Origin: Octopus sinensis
Lineage: Eukaryota
Length of the DNA: 64,000 nt
Direction: 5' to 3'
Assembly (NCBI RefSeq): GCF_006345805.1
Contig: NW_021833428.1
Coordinates: 1-64,000, forward strand
In this document: piece by piece, positions 48,231-61,892 of the stretch
How the letters are laid out: each line of letters starts with the position of its first letter
How positions within the stretch are numbered: the first letter of the stretch is position 1
Translations under genes and position numbers: made by a program
Notes under the pieces: generated by a model
The model's database searches: none
What the model was told of the DNA's origin: nothing
Seen by the model: only the letters and a program-made list of their open reading frames with translations

Positions 48231-48799
48231 CGTGCCAGTTAATTTCTTTAATTTGTCTGTAGTTAGCAAAAGGTTTGAATGAGTCCTAAAAACCAGTCTG
48301 CAAAATTCGTCATCTTTAAAAACAAAGTTTCGCCAAAATGCTTAAAACCCAGAAGGACAGTCCAAAAATGATTAGTCAATTGCCAGGTCGAAAAGCAAGG
48401 CACCAAGAGAAATGTACTGTTTTACTCCAGTTTATGACCGATGTTTAGTCAAAAAACAGAGGATATATTTTCGGGTTCCCAAACAGCACTCGTCTACTAA
48501 TTGTTAAATTCTAGTTGCAGGGGACAGAGGGAAGGCCCAAATCGTGAAAAATGAACTAGCGTTGTCGTAGACACGTAATGCTATTTTTGACAACTATACT
48601 AAGTGTATAAATGGTGACTCCTATTAGTAAACAATTGAAATGATTGGTTTGCAGAGAACACTACGAGTAGATTACAGTCTTGTCTCTCCTACTGAACCCA
48701 CTTTGTCCCACAGACAAGAATTTGTCTACGATAATAGAGATTCTGTGAAGAACAATTAACGAAAATAGTTATCGTAAAGATATAAGAGAATTATAAGTC

Positions 48800-50260
48800 T
48801 GAGATTTTTTTACTGGTCCAACCGATTTCCCTGGTTTTTGTCCCTTTGGACTCCTTGTCCATGTGAAACGTTGGTATATGCCGTGAATATGCCGTTTAGT
48901 ATGTCGCATAACTGATGAGCGAGTAAGCTTGGCGAATATTCTAAAAGTTCTCCATTAATGACATCAATACCCAAACTCGTACCATTATTCAATTTCCGTA
49001 GAGAAACTTGCATCTTTGTGATAGTAATTGGAACAGTTAGACATTTATGATCTCAAAAAAAACTGAGATATATGCTCAATGTCATTTTTGAAAAGGGATT
49101 CAAAGTAGACAACAATTTTTCCGGCCATCTCTTTTTTATCAAACATTTTTCTTTCATAGTCATTGTGTGGAATTAACTATTTAGGCCTGTTCGTTCTGTT
49201 TAGCAATCAAATATCTCGGAACATTTTTGGGCCATAATTGAGCTGTTCAACTTTTTTGCCATACTCTTCAAGTGATCTTTGATAAAGCAGGCGTACTCTA
49301 CTCTTTATATCCCGTAGAATGGAGTTCCTCTTAAATTTAGTTCTGTTTTGATCTTTGCATGCTTTATATTTTCTATATGAAGTCTAAGCTTTTTCTGTTT
49401 CATGATAGAATGCCAATTTTTGTAATATAGATAGGCAGTTTTCGGTTTTCTTGAAACACTCTTTAGCAACGACCAAGCATGTTTTTAATTCTGTCTGATA
49501 ATCAAGTCCAGAGATCATCAGGTTTATATTTAAATTTAATTTTAAGACAAATTTATCGACTCTTATTAAATCTATTGTGCGTAGAATCCTTTGCATGTCA
49601 GTTTGGCACGGTTAGATTTCCAGAGGAGTGTTTCTACTGTTTTTTTGATCAAATTCTAACTTAAATGAAATTTAAATCAAGTGAAAACTGCTTTATGCCC
49701 ACTCGATAGAAGTATTACTTCGTGAAATTTGAGTCCATCAATATGCATTTGAGATTACGCTTACAAATGATGTAATTAATTTGATTGCAAATAGGTACAA
49801 TCTCCACATTCTGGTTATGTATTTATCCCACGCACCTTGTCATGTGTCTTGTTGGGTGGTTAAATGCCGTGCTCCACAACAAAGGTCCAATGCACTGCAG
49901 AAATTTGCCAAACCTGCGCCATTTGAGTTGCTTGTTCCTCTACTATGAACTCCGATAAAATTTTCATCCTTAGGACGTGTTCCCACTTTTTCATTCCCGT
50001 ATCTGCAAAGGAAAATGAGAGGAGGAGCATGCATATCGCCTATAGCCATGTCAAGATTCTAGTAAAAATTTTCGACTTCTTCAGGACATTTTATTGCTAT
50101 ATCCATTGTTGGTCATATACGTTCATGACCGTCAGAAGCGTTTTTTCCTGCATTAGTATTAAGACTGATATCGTTTTATTGATTTTTCCAGCATTTGTAA
50201 ATTTAGTTGTTATAGCGCTTGCTGATCAACATTCTGTTTTTCGTTTTGTTTGCTCGGTCG
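48800..50260 (-). mobile_element. RTE-like LINE fragment (APE to start of RT)
   Basis: VMNVY, AIGDM.A, G..SRGTSNSNG..L..FC, NQINY, LRKLNNG.S.G.D.I.GELL. Confidence 0.8.
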
Positions 50261-50384
50261 ACGGATATAAATGATAAGACACGACTTAAGAAAGTCATTT
50301 TAACTCTTGGAACCTTTGTCGATCGCTGTGAGGAAATGGCTTGCTATTCGGAGGCTAGTCGAGCGTATCGTGAAGTTTTTATTA

Positions 50385-50690
50385 TTTATTTATTTATTAA
50401 AGACCAAACACGGGCAAAGCCAGTTAATTATAGTTATTCCCGTGATCGCCGATCCAAACGAGGGAGATCCTTCTGAAAGGTTCGATCCTGTCCGCATGAT
50501 CGACCTGAGACGACGATGTCCCAGGGTCTGAGAGCTAGAAGTCCTTCTTCGGTAGGCATTAAGTGCCTCCTGAGCGTTGCCATATCCGATTGGAATTTTC
50601 CAACTGACATGGTGGACCCCATAACGCCACGCTAAGACCGGAAGGTAAGAGATCCCCAGTGAAGTTTTTAACAAACGAATAACTCCAAAT
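50385..50690 (-). mobile_element. LINE 3' end with (TAAA)n tail
   Basis: Ends ..GIT followed by a short UTR and taataaataaataaataa, like the 16753 and 41200 copies. Confidence 0.55.
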
Positions 50691-50759
50691 AGTACGACTA
50701 TCTAAATCAAATATTTCACAGGTCAAAAATTATTGTTAATGTAAAAAAATTATAAACAA

Positions 50760-51250
50760 ATCCGAAATTGTGAGCATTCATCTAAATCCAACTCTGTTCG
50801 CACTCGCAACTTCCATATGCCGAAGTATTCTTTCCGACGTTTAAATTACAGCCAAAACGAATCTGACGATTCTTGGTGCTCCCATGGGTCCTTCCATTCT
50901 TCACGGGTCACTGTCTGAAAAAATCTCAAATCTATCTAAAGACATCGAGCCTCATGTGGCTTTTTTCCTTTTCCGAAACTATTTTTCCGCCCCCAAGATC
51001 CTTTACACGTTAAGATATGCACCCTGTTTTCAAAGGGGTGACCTTCTGTCAAACTTTAACCATATCCTTGGGCTCGGTACAAGCTCACTTTGCAATCTGA
51101 TCTGACTTTCGACGATCCCGGCTAGGCATCTCTATCGATGCGCTGAAGCGGCCTTGGCATGAGCTCCTATTCCGATCTGGGCTTTCCGGCATTCCTATCT
51201 CCTCGCTCGGCTTCTCGTTATCTCTCTGACATTATTCTCTGAAATTTTCC
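50760..51250 (+). mobile_element. CRE-like RT fragment
   Basis: LTILGAPMG, HVAFFL.RNYFSAPK.LY.LR, ASL.MR.SGLG. Confidence 0.8.
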
Positions 51251-51393
51251 CGAACGGAAATGGTCTAAAGATTACTCGCTAGTTTGTGGAGGATACTAGC
51301 TTTAAGATTACGCCGTTAAAAGAATTAAATTAAAACTGAATTAAAAGTTGTTGACTCCAATTGTCAACTTTTTTAAATTCAAAACATTATCTA

Positions 51394-53064
51394 CACCCCT
51401 CGTCACCGAAAACCGGACAAGCCATTTTTTATGATTTTATTAATTAAATACGAAAAATAAAAAACTTATGCTTAATATTTTTACTTAATAATAATTGTGT
51501 ATTAATTATTAATTATGCTATTATAGAACTAATATTTAAAGCAGAATTTCAATTTAATTATGGGAACAGCTGTTCCATCCGGCTTGCTGGCCGATTAATT
51601 TCTGATTAATTTGTTTTAACATTGATTTGAAATTTAAAAAAAAAATTATGACATGTAAAACCGGACAAAACTTTTATAGATCTAAAAGTCGTTGAAAAGA
51701 AGCTAAAAATGTATAGTTAAAGAAGAAGTCACCTTTTAGATTTCCTGAAAGGACAAATTATTGCATTTTATAATCATAATGTGACTTATCGAATGATTCC
51801 TGCAAGTATAGGAGTCTCAAAATCAACTGTATCAGATGTGATTCAGAAATTCAAAAAAACTGGATCAATTAACAGACATCCGGGAACTGAAAAAAAAATA
51901 TCGACAGAGGAAGAAATTTTGATTTTAGTAGAACTATCAAATAATACTTCTAATAAAAGTGCCAAAACTCTTACTATCAAAATTAAAACTATGTTCAAAA
52001 AAAATTTCAACAAGAATAGTATTTCGAAATTTAAATAAGAAAGGATTATATGGCCGAGCTGCTAAAAGAAAACCTCTTTTATCCACAAAAAACATAATTT
52101 TAAGACGTAAAATTACGAAATCATTTTTAAGCATTTCCGACGAGACATGGAAGTCGGTAATTTTTATTGATGAATGGTCTTTTGATATTTTTAATACCAA
52201 TAAGCATCAAATAGTGTATAGAGAAAATGGTTCTGCATACAAAAAATGCAATATTATCCCAACTGTAAAATTCGTTGGTGGAAAAGTAATGGTCTGAAGC
52301 AGTTTCTCATATAAAGTAGTCTGTAATCTTGTTTTTATTAATGGAATCCTAAATAGCGCAAAATATACTAATATTTTATCCAATAATATATTTGAATGTG
52401 CCAAAAAATTCGGGATAGACTAATTAATTTTATAACAGAATAATGCACTTTGCCATAAATCTAAAATAGTACAAGATTATATTAAAAAAACATTATTTTA
52501 CTTCAATGGCTGGCTCAGTCACCGGATTTAAACGCCCATAGAACATCTATGGGCAGAAATGAAGAGAGAATTATCAAAAAATGTAGTCAAAAACAAAAAT
52601 GAACTAAAGGACAAATTAACAGAAATATGGAATAATATATCACCAGAATTATTGAAAAACTAGCAATGTCTATGAAAAATAGATGTTACAAAATTTTCAG
52701 TGCAAATGGTGGGCATATTAACTACTAAATGACTTGTTTTTATTTTTGTCCGGTTTTACATCTCATAAATAAATTGAAATTCTGCTTTAAATATAAGTTC
52801 TATAATAACATAATTAATATTATTAAGTAAAGATATTTTTTTTTGAAACACAAGTGTTTAAATTAAAGTCAAAATGTTTAGGAGGACAAGATGGAATGGC
52901 AATTCCCACGCAAGATGGCTATTGATATGCGTTGGAAAAGCCATGTCCGTTCTCGATGATCGTTTTAGCGTAAGTTTTTGATTTAAGCGTAAGTTTTTGA
53001 TTTTTCATATTTAATTAATAAAATCATCAAGAATAGCTTGTCCGGTTTTCGGTGACGAGGGGTG
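51394..53064 (+). mobile_element. Tc1-family transposon (IR/DR), defective
   Basis: TA|CACCCCTCGTCACCGAAAACCGGACAAG ... CTTGTCCGGTTTTCGGTGACGAGGGGTG|TA; KRKPLL, WKSVIF.DE, PTVKF.GGKVMV, W.AQSPDLN. Confidence 0.95.
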
Positions 53065-53162
53065 TATATTGAATATCGGAATAATTAAATTAAATATTGC
53101 ATTGTCAAATTTGAATATTGTTTTGTGGAAATTGATATAAAAATGTCAGAATTGAACTGAAA

Positions 53163-53730
53163 ATGGTATAGATATTGGCAAAGAAAGTGATAATGTACTT
53201 CTAAGAAATCTTTCTTTTTTTAATCTTAAAAAAACTAGAAACATCAATTTTTTATTTAATTTGAATTTACATAAACTAGCAGAATATTTAAATTAGTTAT
53301 TAATAATTCAGCGATTCAATAACTGGCACTTTAAATCATGTTTCCATTGGTTATATATAATGGTTGGAATAGGCCTACAAATAATTGTTGTTGTTTGGAG
53401 TCTGACAATTCTAACTGCTCTATTAGCTGCACACTTCAACAATACAAAAATAAGGTTGTTTTCAATATTTAACTAATATAGAAATACATCTTTTCTTTTA
53501 TTTTTATCATCTCTTATTGTAACATTATTTTTGGTTTTTATGAAATGTGAACAATCAAATTCGACAGTTTATGTTTTTCTACTTATTTGTACTGTTAGAC
53601 TTACGACAAATTTCTTCCTTATAAAATTGCGACTGCGGTCATACTCGGGTTCTTTATGATTGGAATGCTTATTACTACATTTTTCATGCACACACGAGTC
53701 ATCAATCACCCGAATTATAACTATCGCTAA
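53163..53730 (+). CDS. Small multi-pass membrane protein (possibly claudin/PMP22-like); 5' end unclear
   Basis: GT-AG micro-introns join hydrophobic exons GLQIIVVVWSLTILTALL.., SFLLFLSSLIVTLFLVF, IATAVILGFFMIGMLITTFF; stop at 53730. Confidence 0.45.
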
Positions 53731-53843
53731 ATAATTATTGGTGTGGATTTATTCCGATTAAAATTTACATTTTGATTAAATAAGCAATCGTTAAGTAAAT
53801 ATTATTTTAAGTTAGTCCGTTGTTCTCAACAAATCATTTTCTC

Positions 53844-54924
53844 ATTCATTCATTCAACTGGGAATCATTGTAGCTGCAACAAAAAGCATTTGCAGCGGAG
53901 CAGTGGGGATTCCGACGAAAAAGATCCTGTGGTGATTGTTTCGGAGAACTCGAGAAAGTCATCTCGCTTAGTCTTGCTAACAATACAGCGACTATTGCTA
54001 TCTGCCTCGATGTCTCAAAAGCTTTTGACAGCGTATGGCACCTGGGCCTCTTGGAAAGTGTCGCCAAAATCAAACCCGGGTCTAGAACGGTCAATTGGCT
54101 GAAGACCTATTTATCAATGAGGAGGTCATAGCGGAAACCGTTTGTCGGAATCTGTCGATCTTAAAAGAGTGGTACCTCAAGGCTCGGTATTGAGCCCTCT
54201 GCTTTTTAATATTTACGTTGCTGATATTCCAAAACTGAAAGATCCTACCAGTCGTCTCATGATCTACGCGGACGACATACTAATAACGGATGCTTTGTGG
54301 GAAAAGACATCTCGTGGAGGAAATTAAAAGGATACGTGACAAGAGTCGAAGAGTGGTGCATTTCAAAAGGACTGACGCTCGCAAAAGAAAAGTGCACCGC
54401 CACTTGGATTGCAAAACAGGGAGCTAAACGAAAACCCCCGAGAAACCTCTATGGGTTTACAGCAACGGAGAACCTGAAATACCTTGGGGTTGAAGTTGGA
54501 TCCAAGGGCTCTTACTTCAGATACATCGACTCAAGGAGAAGGAAATGCGCTCAAATTCTCAGAAGCATAATTCACTTCCAGCTTTGTCCGGAAACGTTTT
54601 TATATGTTTATAAAACATGCGTCGAACCATTGCTTACCTACCGGTTCGAGGGATGGTACCCTACTGCTGAGAGGGATGGCATTATCACTAAGATCGAAAA
54701 GACGAGACGATATGCCATCAAATTGGCAAATGGACTCCAGCTAGACCAACCCATCCCTCAAGAGATGGAAGACGGGACGGAAACGGTTGGAAGTGTTATT
54801 GAGAGAGCCTTTTCCTCTCGAATTAAAAAAAAGAGGGAAACAACGGAGAACAGGCATACGTTGTCTCATTAACTTTCTCTCTATTTTTTCGGCTTTTCCG
54901 TTTTAATAAAAAATTCATTCATTT
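53844..54924 (+). mobile_element. 5'-truncated LINE (I/Jockey-like RT) with 12-bp TSD and ATTC tail
   Basis: EQWGFR, LDVSKAFDSVWH, VPQGSVLSPLLFNIY, YADD, KYLGV; TSD aatcattttctc at 53832-53843 and 54925-54936. Confidence 0.92.
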
Positions 54925-54939
54925 AATCATTTTCTCTTA

Positions 54940-56260
54940 ATCGATGACTTAAACGTCTCAAAAATGAGGATGTTACTGTTCCAATGATGGAAAAGGTGAA
55001 TCGCTATTTCCGTGCAGCTGGGCTGGAGAAAAATCTGTAAAAATCAACCGTGAACACTGCATTGTTAACAACGGAGGTAAAAGTTTTTGACAAAATTGAT
55101 TGATATAAGTATCTGGGAGTACTTGAAAGTTAAACTGGAAATCCTGAAAATAATCCTCGATTTAAAAGGTTAGCAAATACAAAGAAGTAATCACGGGAAT
55201 TAAAAGGCTAGCAAATACAAAACTGAATGGAGTGAATCTGGTCAAAGCAATTAATGAACACCCTCTTTGACTGTAAAAATATTACATTGGACTAGTTGAT
55301 ATTGTGCCATTTGAATATGAAATGGTGGACGATAGAATCCGAGCAAAATTAATAGAATACAAGATGCACTTTCGACCAGCCAACAAACAAAGATTATACT
55401 TTTCCCGTAACAATTTTGGAAGACGATTGAGCTCAATTTTTGTTTTATGTGAACTTATGCTTCTTGGATTCCTTATGGACTTAAAACACCGAAGTGGTGT
55501 CTGCAAAAGAAGTTTTTTCGATTCTTCATGCAGAAATGCTTACAATATCTACGTTTGCTTTATATCAGTGAGAGAACACATGCATACATACAATCACTTA
55601 CTATAAAGAAAACTCTTGAGAGGATGATTGCTTCTTATAGGAGCAAAGTTAAACCGTAGGGAAGACTCTTTACTGAAAAGAAGAATAAAGGAGATTTATC
55701 ACCAAATAAGAGTGATTACAACATCTCCAGTGTTTGTCAGCACCTCGAAAGGAAAAGAGGAAGTCGCTACTTCTGATGGAGAAGATTATATAATTAATAT
55801 TTACTTATTCAAGTTTTTGGATTATTCACAATATACTAGAAAGTAAAAGAGCATGCAACAAATAGGAGGCCAAATAAAATGACACTGTTAGGGAGTACAA
55901 AATAAATAATTTATTGAAAAACTCTATACTCCCAATTAAAAGAGGTTTGGAAATGACGATTAAAACACAGTTGACAGAGTTGGATACGCATATAAAACGA
56001 CCTATCTCAACTCTTGCCAATGAAAGCAGAAAGCTATCAAAAATCCAATTTTTTAATTATTTACAAGCTTATTTTCAGTCAACTGTTTTTAAGAAGACTC
56101 TTGAAAGCATCTCGTTTGATGCTCACCGATCCTGTCCTTTCTTGAAATTTAGTCAGCAAAAACAGAGAACTGCACCTTGACGAAAGCTTGCAGTCTGAAG
56201 AGCACTTATTATAGGCACTTTTGCGATGCCATGAATCACGACAAAGCTTGTGCAGCACAG
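54940..56260 (+). mobile_element. R4-like RLE retrotransposon fragments
   Basis: YKYLGVLE, LNGVNLVKAINEH, RLYFSR..FGR.L, AYFQSTVFKKTLESISFD. Confidence 0.8.
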
Positions 56261-56269
56261 GAAACAATA

Positions 56270-57100
56270 AGAGTAATTAGTTTATTCTATTTCCCGCGAT
56301 CTTAAGTGACGTCCCGCAGTGTATCGAGATCGTCTCCGTCTTTCAATTCTTTACCAGCCCTCTTTAGGTCTCTATCCAGCGTACCCGGGAGAGTATTTCT
56401 TAGTCGTCCACGGAAACCATGACCCATAGCTTCGAAATAGTCCTCCATAGCGGCGTTTGCCGGTGCATTCAAATCCATTTTTAGAATGTGTCCAAACAGC
56501 CTTTATCTGCATTCGGTAATTTCGAGCGAGATTGGTTTGCTTGATGTTCTGGCATAAACTGTTCTGTTACTCAACCTTGAATGCCACTTGGAGGCTAGAG
56601 TACGTCGGAGATGATCTCTATGGAAAGAGTCTAGGTTGTCATTGTCTGTAGCGGAAAGTCCCCAAATTCCGGCGTTATATAGGAGTATTGGCTTCACTAG
56701 TGAATTGTATAGTCGTATCCGTGTTTTTGTGCTAAGTCCTTTGCGTTTTAGTCAATTTTTCTTTAACTGCGTAGTGCACTGTTTGCATGTGTTTTTCGCA
56801 TAATCACGTCTTGTTCGTCTCCCAATAATGATCCGAGTTTCTTTACTTTTCTCCAATGTTCATCCAGCTTAGACTTCTGTCTTGCTAGTTCAGTAAATTC
56901 TGTTTTCTCCACATTTACATTGAGGAACCACTCAGCAAGTCTATTTGGCATCACCTCCAGTAGGCTTTTCAGAGCGTCCCTGTCGGAAGAAATAAAATCC
57001 ACGTCATCCGCGTGTGCCCCCACATTGATCTTTCCTTCATAGTATGGTTTTAGTTCTCTCAATACAGCTTCCAGATATATGACAAACAGTATAGGAGATT
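56270..57100 (-). mobile_element. RTE-like LINE RT 3' part
   Basis: HADD, VKKLGSLLG, RLYNSLVKPILLYNAGIWG, LFGHILKM, RGRLRNTLP. Confidence 0.88.
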
Positions 57101-57224
57101 ACTGATCTAAGAGCACTTTCTGGGAGTTATTCTTTAATAAATTTAATTTTACTAATTCTGATAATTAATTTTCGACATGATATTTTTTATTTTTAAATTA
57201 ACATAACTTGCAATAAAATAAATT

Positions 57225-58700
57225 ATGCAATTCAGGTGTGGAGACATTATCGAATCCTCATTTCCATTTGTACACATATTAAAAAAATCACTGTTGAAAG
57301 TTAACTGCTCGTGGTGCTTGAGAAATGATAGGTAATTTAGAGTAATATATATTCTAGACCTTTAAAAAAGTGCAGTGCTTGCAATATCCTTTATTTCTGT
57401 TCCAGCATGTGCCAAGTATTAAAAACTATTTATTCACAGAAAAAATCGTGGAAAATCCATAAATACGAATGTTCTCAACTTAAACTCGTGCAACACTCGT
57501 GCGATCTCCCTTCTGACTCAACTCGTTTATTTTATCATTTAATTATCAAAGTATCTATTTAAATTATATAAAAGGACAAATTGGGATTATTTACCAAACG
57601 AGAGGGCCCGGATGGGAGATGTTTTTATGACTTAGTGTCTAGTAATCGTAAAATATCACAATTGGTTAGATTTCGAGTATTTATCTGACCGAATGAAAAA
57701 GAATGTTGAAATTGCCGAAAAATATTGTTCGAATGTGCACGATTTACAAGATTTTGCACAACTTGTGGAAATTTACTGTCGAATGCAAACAAACAGTTTT
57801 GAAATTTTGAATTTTGACGAGAAAATAGGAGTTGGTCTTTATTTAAAGTAAATATATTCATACGTTAAATTCAGTACATCAAAGTATGACCATTCTTGCA
57901 TTCCCAATGCAGCCACAAATTTCAATGGATTGCAACAACGAGTGGTCGCCATGAAGGACATTCCTCGCAATACTACTATCACGATAACATATATTGACGT
58001 CATGAATAGCCACGAGGAGCGACAATCCTTGTTAAAGCCCTATTGCTTTACTTGTCGCTGTCCACGGTGCAGCGACGATAAATTTGAGGCACTCTTATCA
58101 TCTACAAATTGTCCCTTTTGTTCTAAGAACTCTGTGGACTCATCAAACACGTGTACTGAGTGTTTTTCTCATATGAATAATGAATACATCTATCGGAGAA
58201 TTTTGATGCTCTCGGAATGTAAAAAAAATATTACGATGATGTATTTTGGATTATTAATCTCAGGAATAACCAAGATAATGAAAAAGGGATTGATGTTCGA
58301 ATTTTTATTAAGAAAATCGAGGATTTAATTTCCAAATGGAGTCCATCTATTCTCCCCACGACACACGTGAATTACACAGCGTTGATGTTTCTAAAGTCTG
58401 GCTTCCAATTCGAAATAAACGATTATGTTGGAGGTCTTGAAACTTTGGAGCTGATTTTTCCCCGCATGAAGTGAGTTTTGGAAGAATAACGAAAAGGTTT
58501 ATTTATGAAATGTCTCCGGCTGTGTCAATGGCTGCGATGAGAATTATTAAGACCAGGGCATTTTTGGGTCTTCCAGTTAAGGGAGAATTCTACACAGAGG
58601 TGATTTTTTGATGTGGCAGTCTTAGACGCTGCGTAGAATGATGATAACTCATGGGCTGGATAATGAGCAAACCAAATATTTAATGGAATACAAGAATTAA
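57225..58700 (+). CDS. SET and MYND domain lysine methyltransferase (SMYD family), multi-exon
   Basis: CSWC..CSAC..FCS..CQ..W..HKYEC (MYND), DHSCIPNA, ITITYID, YCFTCRCPRC. Confidence 0.92.
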
Positions 58701-59127
58701 TTTTTTTTGTGATTTTTATAGTTTATATCTAAGAGTTTTTCTCGAAGAAATTTTTAAGATACTAAAATCGCTAATTTAAAATGAGGCTAATTTAATAGGC
58801 AACAATTATAGAGTACAGCCTTCTTTTCTTATTTGTTGAATCGAATTAGATTTTAGTTCAATTTTAAACGATTAAAAGGTCCTTTTAAATCAATAAAAAT
58901 ACGTCAAATTGGTAAAAGGTCAATTTCCTAGGTAAACAACCATATTAAAAAAGACAAAAGTAGCCCATCGATACTGCGACGGGATCTAATAAATATGCGG
59001 TAACTACAAGCAGTGCAAAGAAATTACGTTGTTTTACATAATTAAAATTACAAAATTATTAAAATGATTATTGATTTTTAAGTATTTTATTTAATAAATA
59101 CTGATCGGAAAAATTATTATTTTTGGC

Positions 59128-59885
59128 ATGTGCGAACATTTATTTCAGCTTATCCTCACACGGCAGTATATTCTTAGCGAATAATCAATTTAAGTGGACG
59201 GACGGAAGCAAACGAGATGGGATTGTGTCAAGGCTTATAGTAAATTTATTATATTTCCAGGTCAAATGGACACACATCTCTCTAAACTAGGAATAGACCA
59301 GGCCGAGAAAACAGCAGTTGAACTAAGTGACGTCCCAATAATGAGAATATATACAAGCGATTTAACACGTGCTAGCGAGGTTAGTGTATATTTCTAAGAA
59401 TTTTAGACAGCTAGAATTATTGCCGAAGGAAATAGATATTATAATGACACCCCTATACGTTTAGAGTCTCTTAGAGAAAGGGTTAGACATAAAAATGATT
59501 TTTATAGTATTTGGGAAAGTACCAAGGACTGCCATATTCACAAATAACCAGATCAAGTCTTGCAGGAGTCGAATCAGAGGAGGATGTGAGTAATTTTTCT
59601 TTCACAGATTAGTTTCAACAACGATGTAAAAATGCTATAAAGGAAATACTCAAATCTCAAATTGAGGAAATTGGGAATAGCCCATATACGATTGAGGGAC
59701 GACCGCCTGTTGTTTTGGTGGTAACACACCATGGAGCGCTCAAAATTATCCTCAAGTCGATTACCGACGAGCAAGTGCCCTTGAAATTATACAACTGTGC
59801 CCTATCGATCTTTAGTGTTAATGCTGTGGAAGGAGAACCCAAAGTTAAATCGCTTTCAATTTCTGACATTAAACATTTGGCATAA
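59128..59885 (+). CDS. Histidine phosphatase (TIGAR/PGAM-like), multi-exon
   Basis: LTR|HGRTEAN..CQ|GQMDT.LS.LG..QA, IYTSDL.RA, LRER, VVTHHG. Confidence 0.9.
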
Positions 59886-60113
59886 TTATTTCTTTTTTCA
59901 AACTAATCAAATAAAATGGTGAAATTAGGTTTATGTTGACCTTGTAAAATGTTTTCAATTTACATTTAAATAACTTTTAGTTTATTCAATATATCAATGA
60001 TATCATTTTCATTGATTAAAAATAATATTTGATTATGAAGATAATAAGTCTTAATATATTTAAACTTTGTTTATAAACATATTTAATAAAATGAGAAACA
60101 TAAATAATTTTAA

Positions 60114-61352
60114 ATGCCTCCGTTTATCTCGACGTGCAGATGTGAGAAATTAGAGTTATTAAGGAAAATACTAAATTCTGTAAATATAAATTTTTGCTAT
60201 GTCATAGAGTAAATACACTCCCTACAAATCCATAAATATTGTCGGTCCTCAAGGCTGTGGAAAGTCATGTACAGTGGCCTACCTGATAAAAGACAATCCC
60301 CTCAATTCAGTATATCTGGATTGTGCCCAATGCTACAGCGAGTCTATATTTTGGAATGTTCTTTGTGGGACATGCAACGATTCCGGGGAAACAGTCTCTG
60401 ACTTTATTAGCATAGCAGGAAAGACAGGACAACATTTTACATTGGTGTCCCCTGTCATGTAAGGTTGCAGATTTTTGACTCAGCGGATAAGCTGTCGCCT
60501 CAAATATTGTCAATTCTGAGCAAATTAAACGATTATAGTCCTCAAATAGACGTCTCTTGTGTGTATATTAGTGAAAATCCATGTGATATGTCAGGACTGA
60601 CAATACACTTGCCTCATTACACAATTAGTATGTACTATGTATACATTTCAGATGAAATCAAGACAATTTTAGAGGCTCACCTGCCTCCTTCCTCTTTAAC
60701 TGAATTATTTGTAGACATTCTTGTCAGTGTTATGAACGTGTGGACGTTTAATCTCCACGAAATCATTCAAATTGGTCTCAAATATTACAATCTTCTTCCT
60801 AAAGATGTGACTGCTCATTCAATGTGGAAAATTCTCGAACCTTCTCTACTTATGGCTCCACAATCTATTTTTCTAAAGACCGATTGTGAGTCTCTTAACA
60901 ATGACTTGGTGAATCTTCCAGAGAATACTAAACTTGTCCTTATTTGTGCCTACATTGCATCCTACAATCCAATTTCGACTGATGTGCAGTATTTTATTAA
61001 GAAGACGTCAAAGAAGGCTATGCCAAAGACTGTGATGATTATTTAAGAATGTTTAGACCACAACTCAAACGACAGGACCTAAGTTGTTTGAATTGGACAG
61101 ACTGTGTGCTATACATCACGTGGTTAAAGAACACATGTCAAACATGTTGGAATATGATGTTAATAGTCATGTTGTTGTGGTTTAAATGACTCGTAGTTGT
61201 CTACTTTGGTGTGTCTTCGACTGCTGAGTACGACAGGAGGACTTGACTCTCCCAAGTTTAAATGTCTTGCCACTTACGACCAAATGAAACCCGTTGCCAG
61301 TTCTATAAATCTCAATTTGAAAGCATATTTATATAATCTCGATAATAAATAA
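60114..61352 (+). CDS. ORC5: Origin recognition complex subunit 5, multi-exon
   Basis: Walker A GPQGCGKS, IFDSADKL, LP..TKLVLICAYIASYNP..D, GPKLFELDRL.AI, LDSPKFKC. Confidence 0.9.
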
Positions 61353-61496
61353 TTTTAATTTCCTTAAAAATAGCTAAATTCGATGTCCGCTGAAGGAGTA
61401 GATATTCTGTATTTTACTTGGTTTTTTGGATTAATAAATTTTTTTAATTATTTAAAATTAAAATTATTTATTTAAACAATAAGATATCCTATTTTC

Positions 61497-61822
61497 ATGA
61501 GTGACGTGGAGAATATTAAAAAGGAATCTAAAAGATATTTCATTGGTAGTAATTATTAATTGTTAATTTAGCTGGATTTTTCTTTCTTCCAATTTTATGG
61601 ATATTGAATATTTGCTTATTTCATAATCGTGGTAATGAAGATAGGGAAATTTTATATTGTGATTCTCAACCTTATTTTTTAGACGTGAAAATGTCGTTTG
61701 TGTCCCTTCTCGTATTTTTGATCGCATTAATTTCTTGGATAGCCATCTTCCAGTCTAAAAGACTTAGTTGGGGCCTGACTGGGGACCGTTTGATGTTTGC
61801 ATTCTTAGCTGGAAAACTTTAA
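61497..61822 (+). CDS. PSENEN: Gamma-secretase subunit PEN-2
   Basis: RYFI|AGFFFLPILWILN..YVKMS..WIAIFQ..R..WG..GD.L.F. Confidence 0.9.
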
Positions 61823-61892
61823 CTTATATTTTTTCCGAAAAAATATTTTTAATCTATTAATTATATTAAAATAGAATTAAGTTTGCCTGCAC

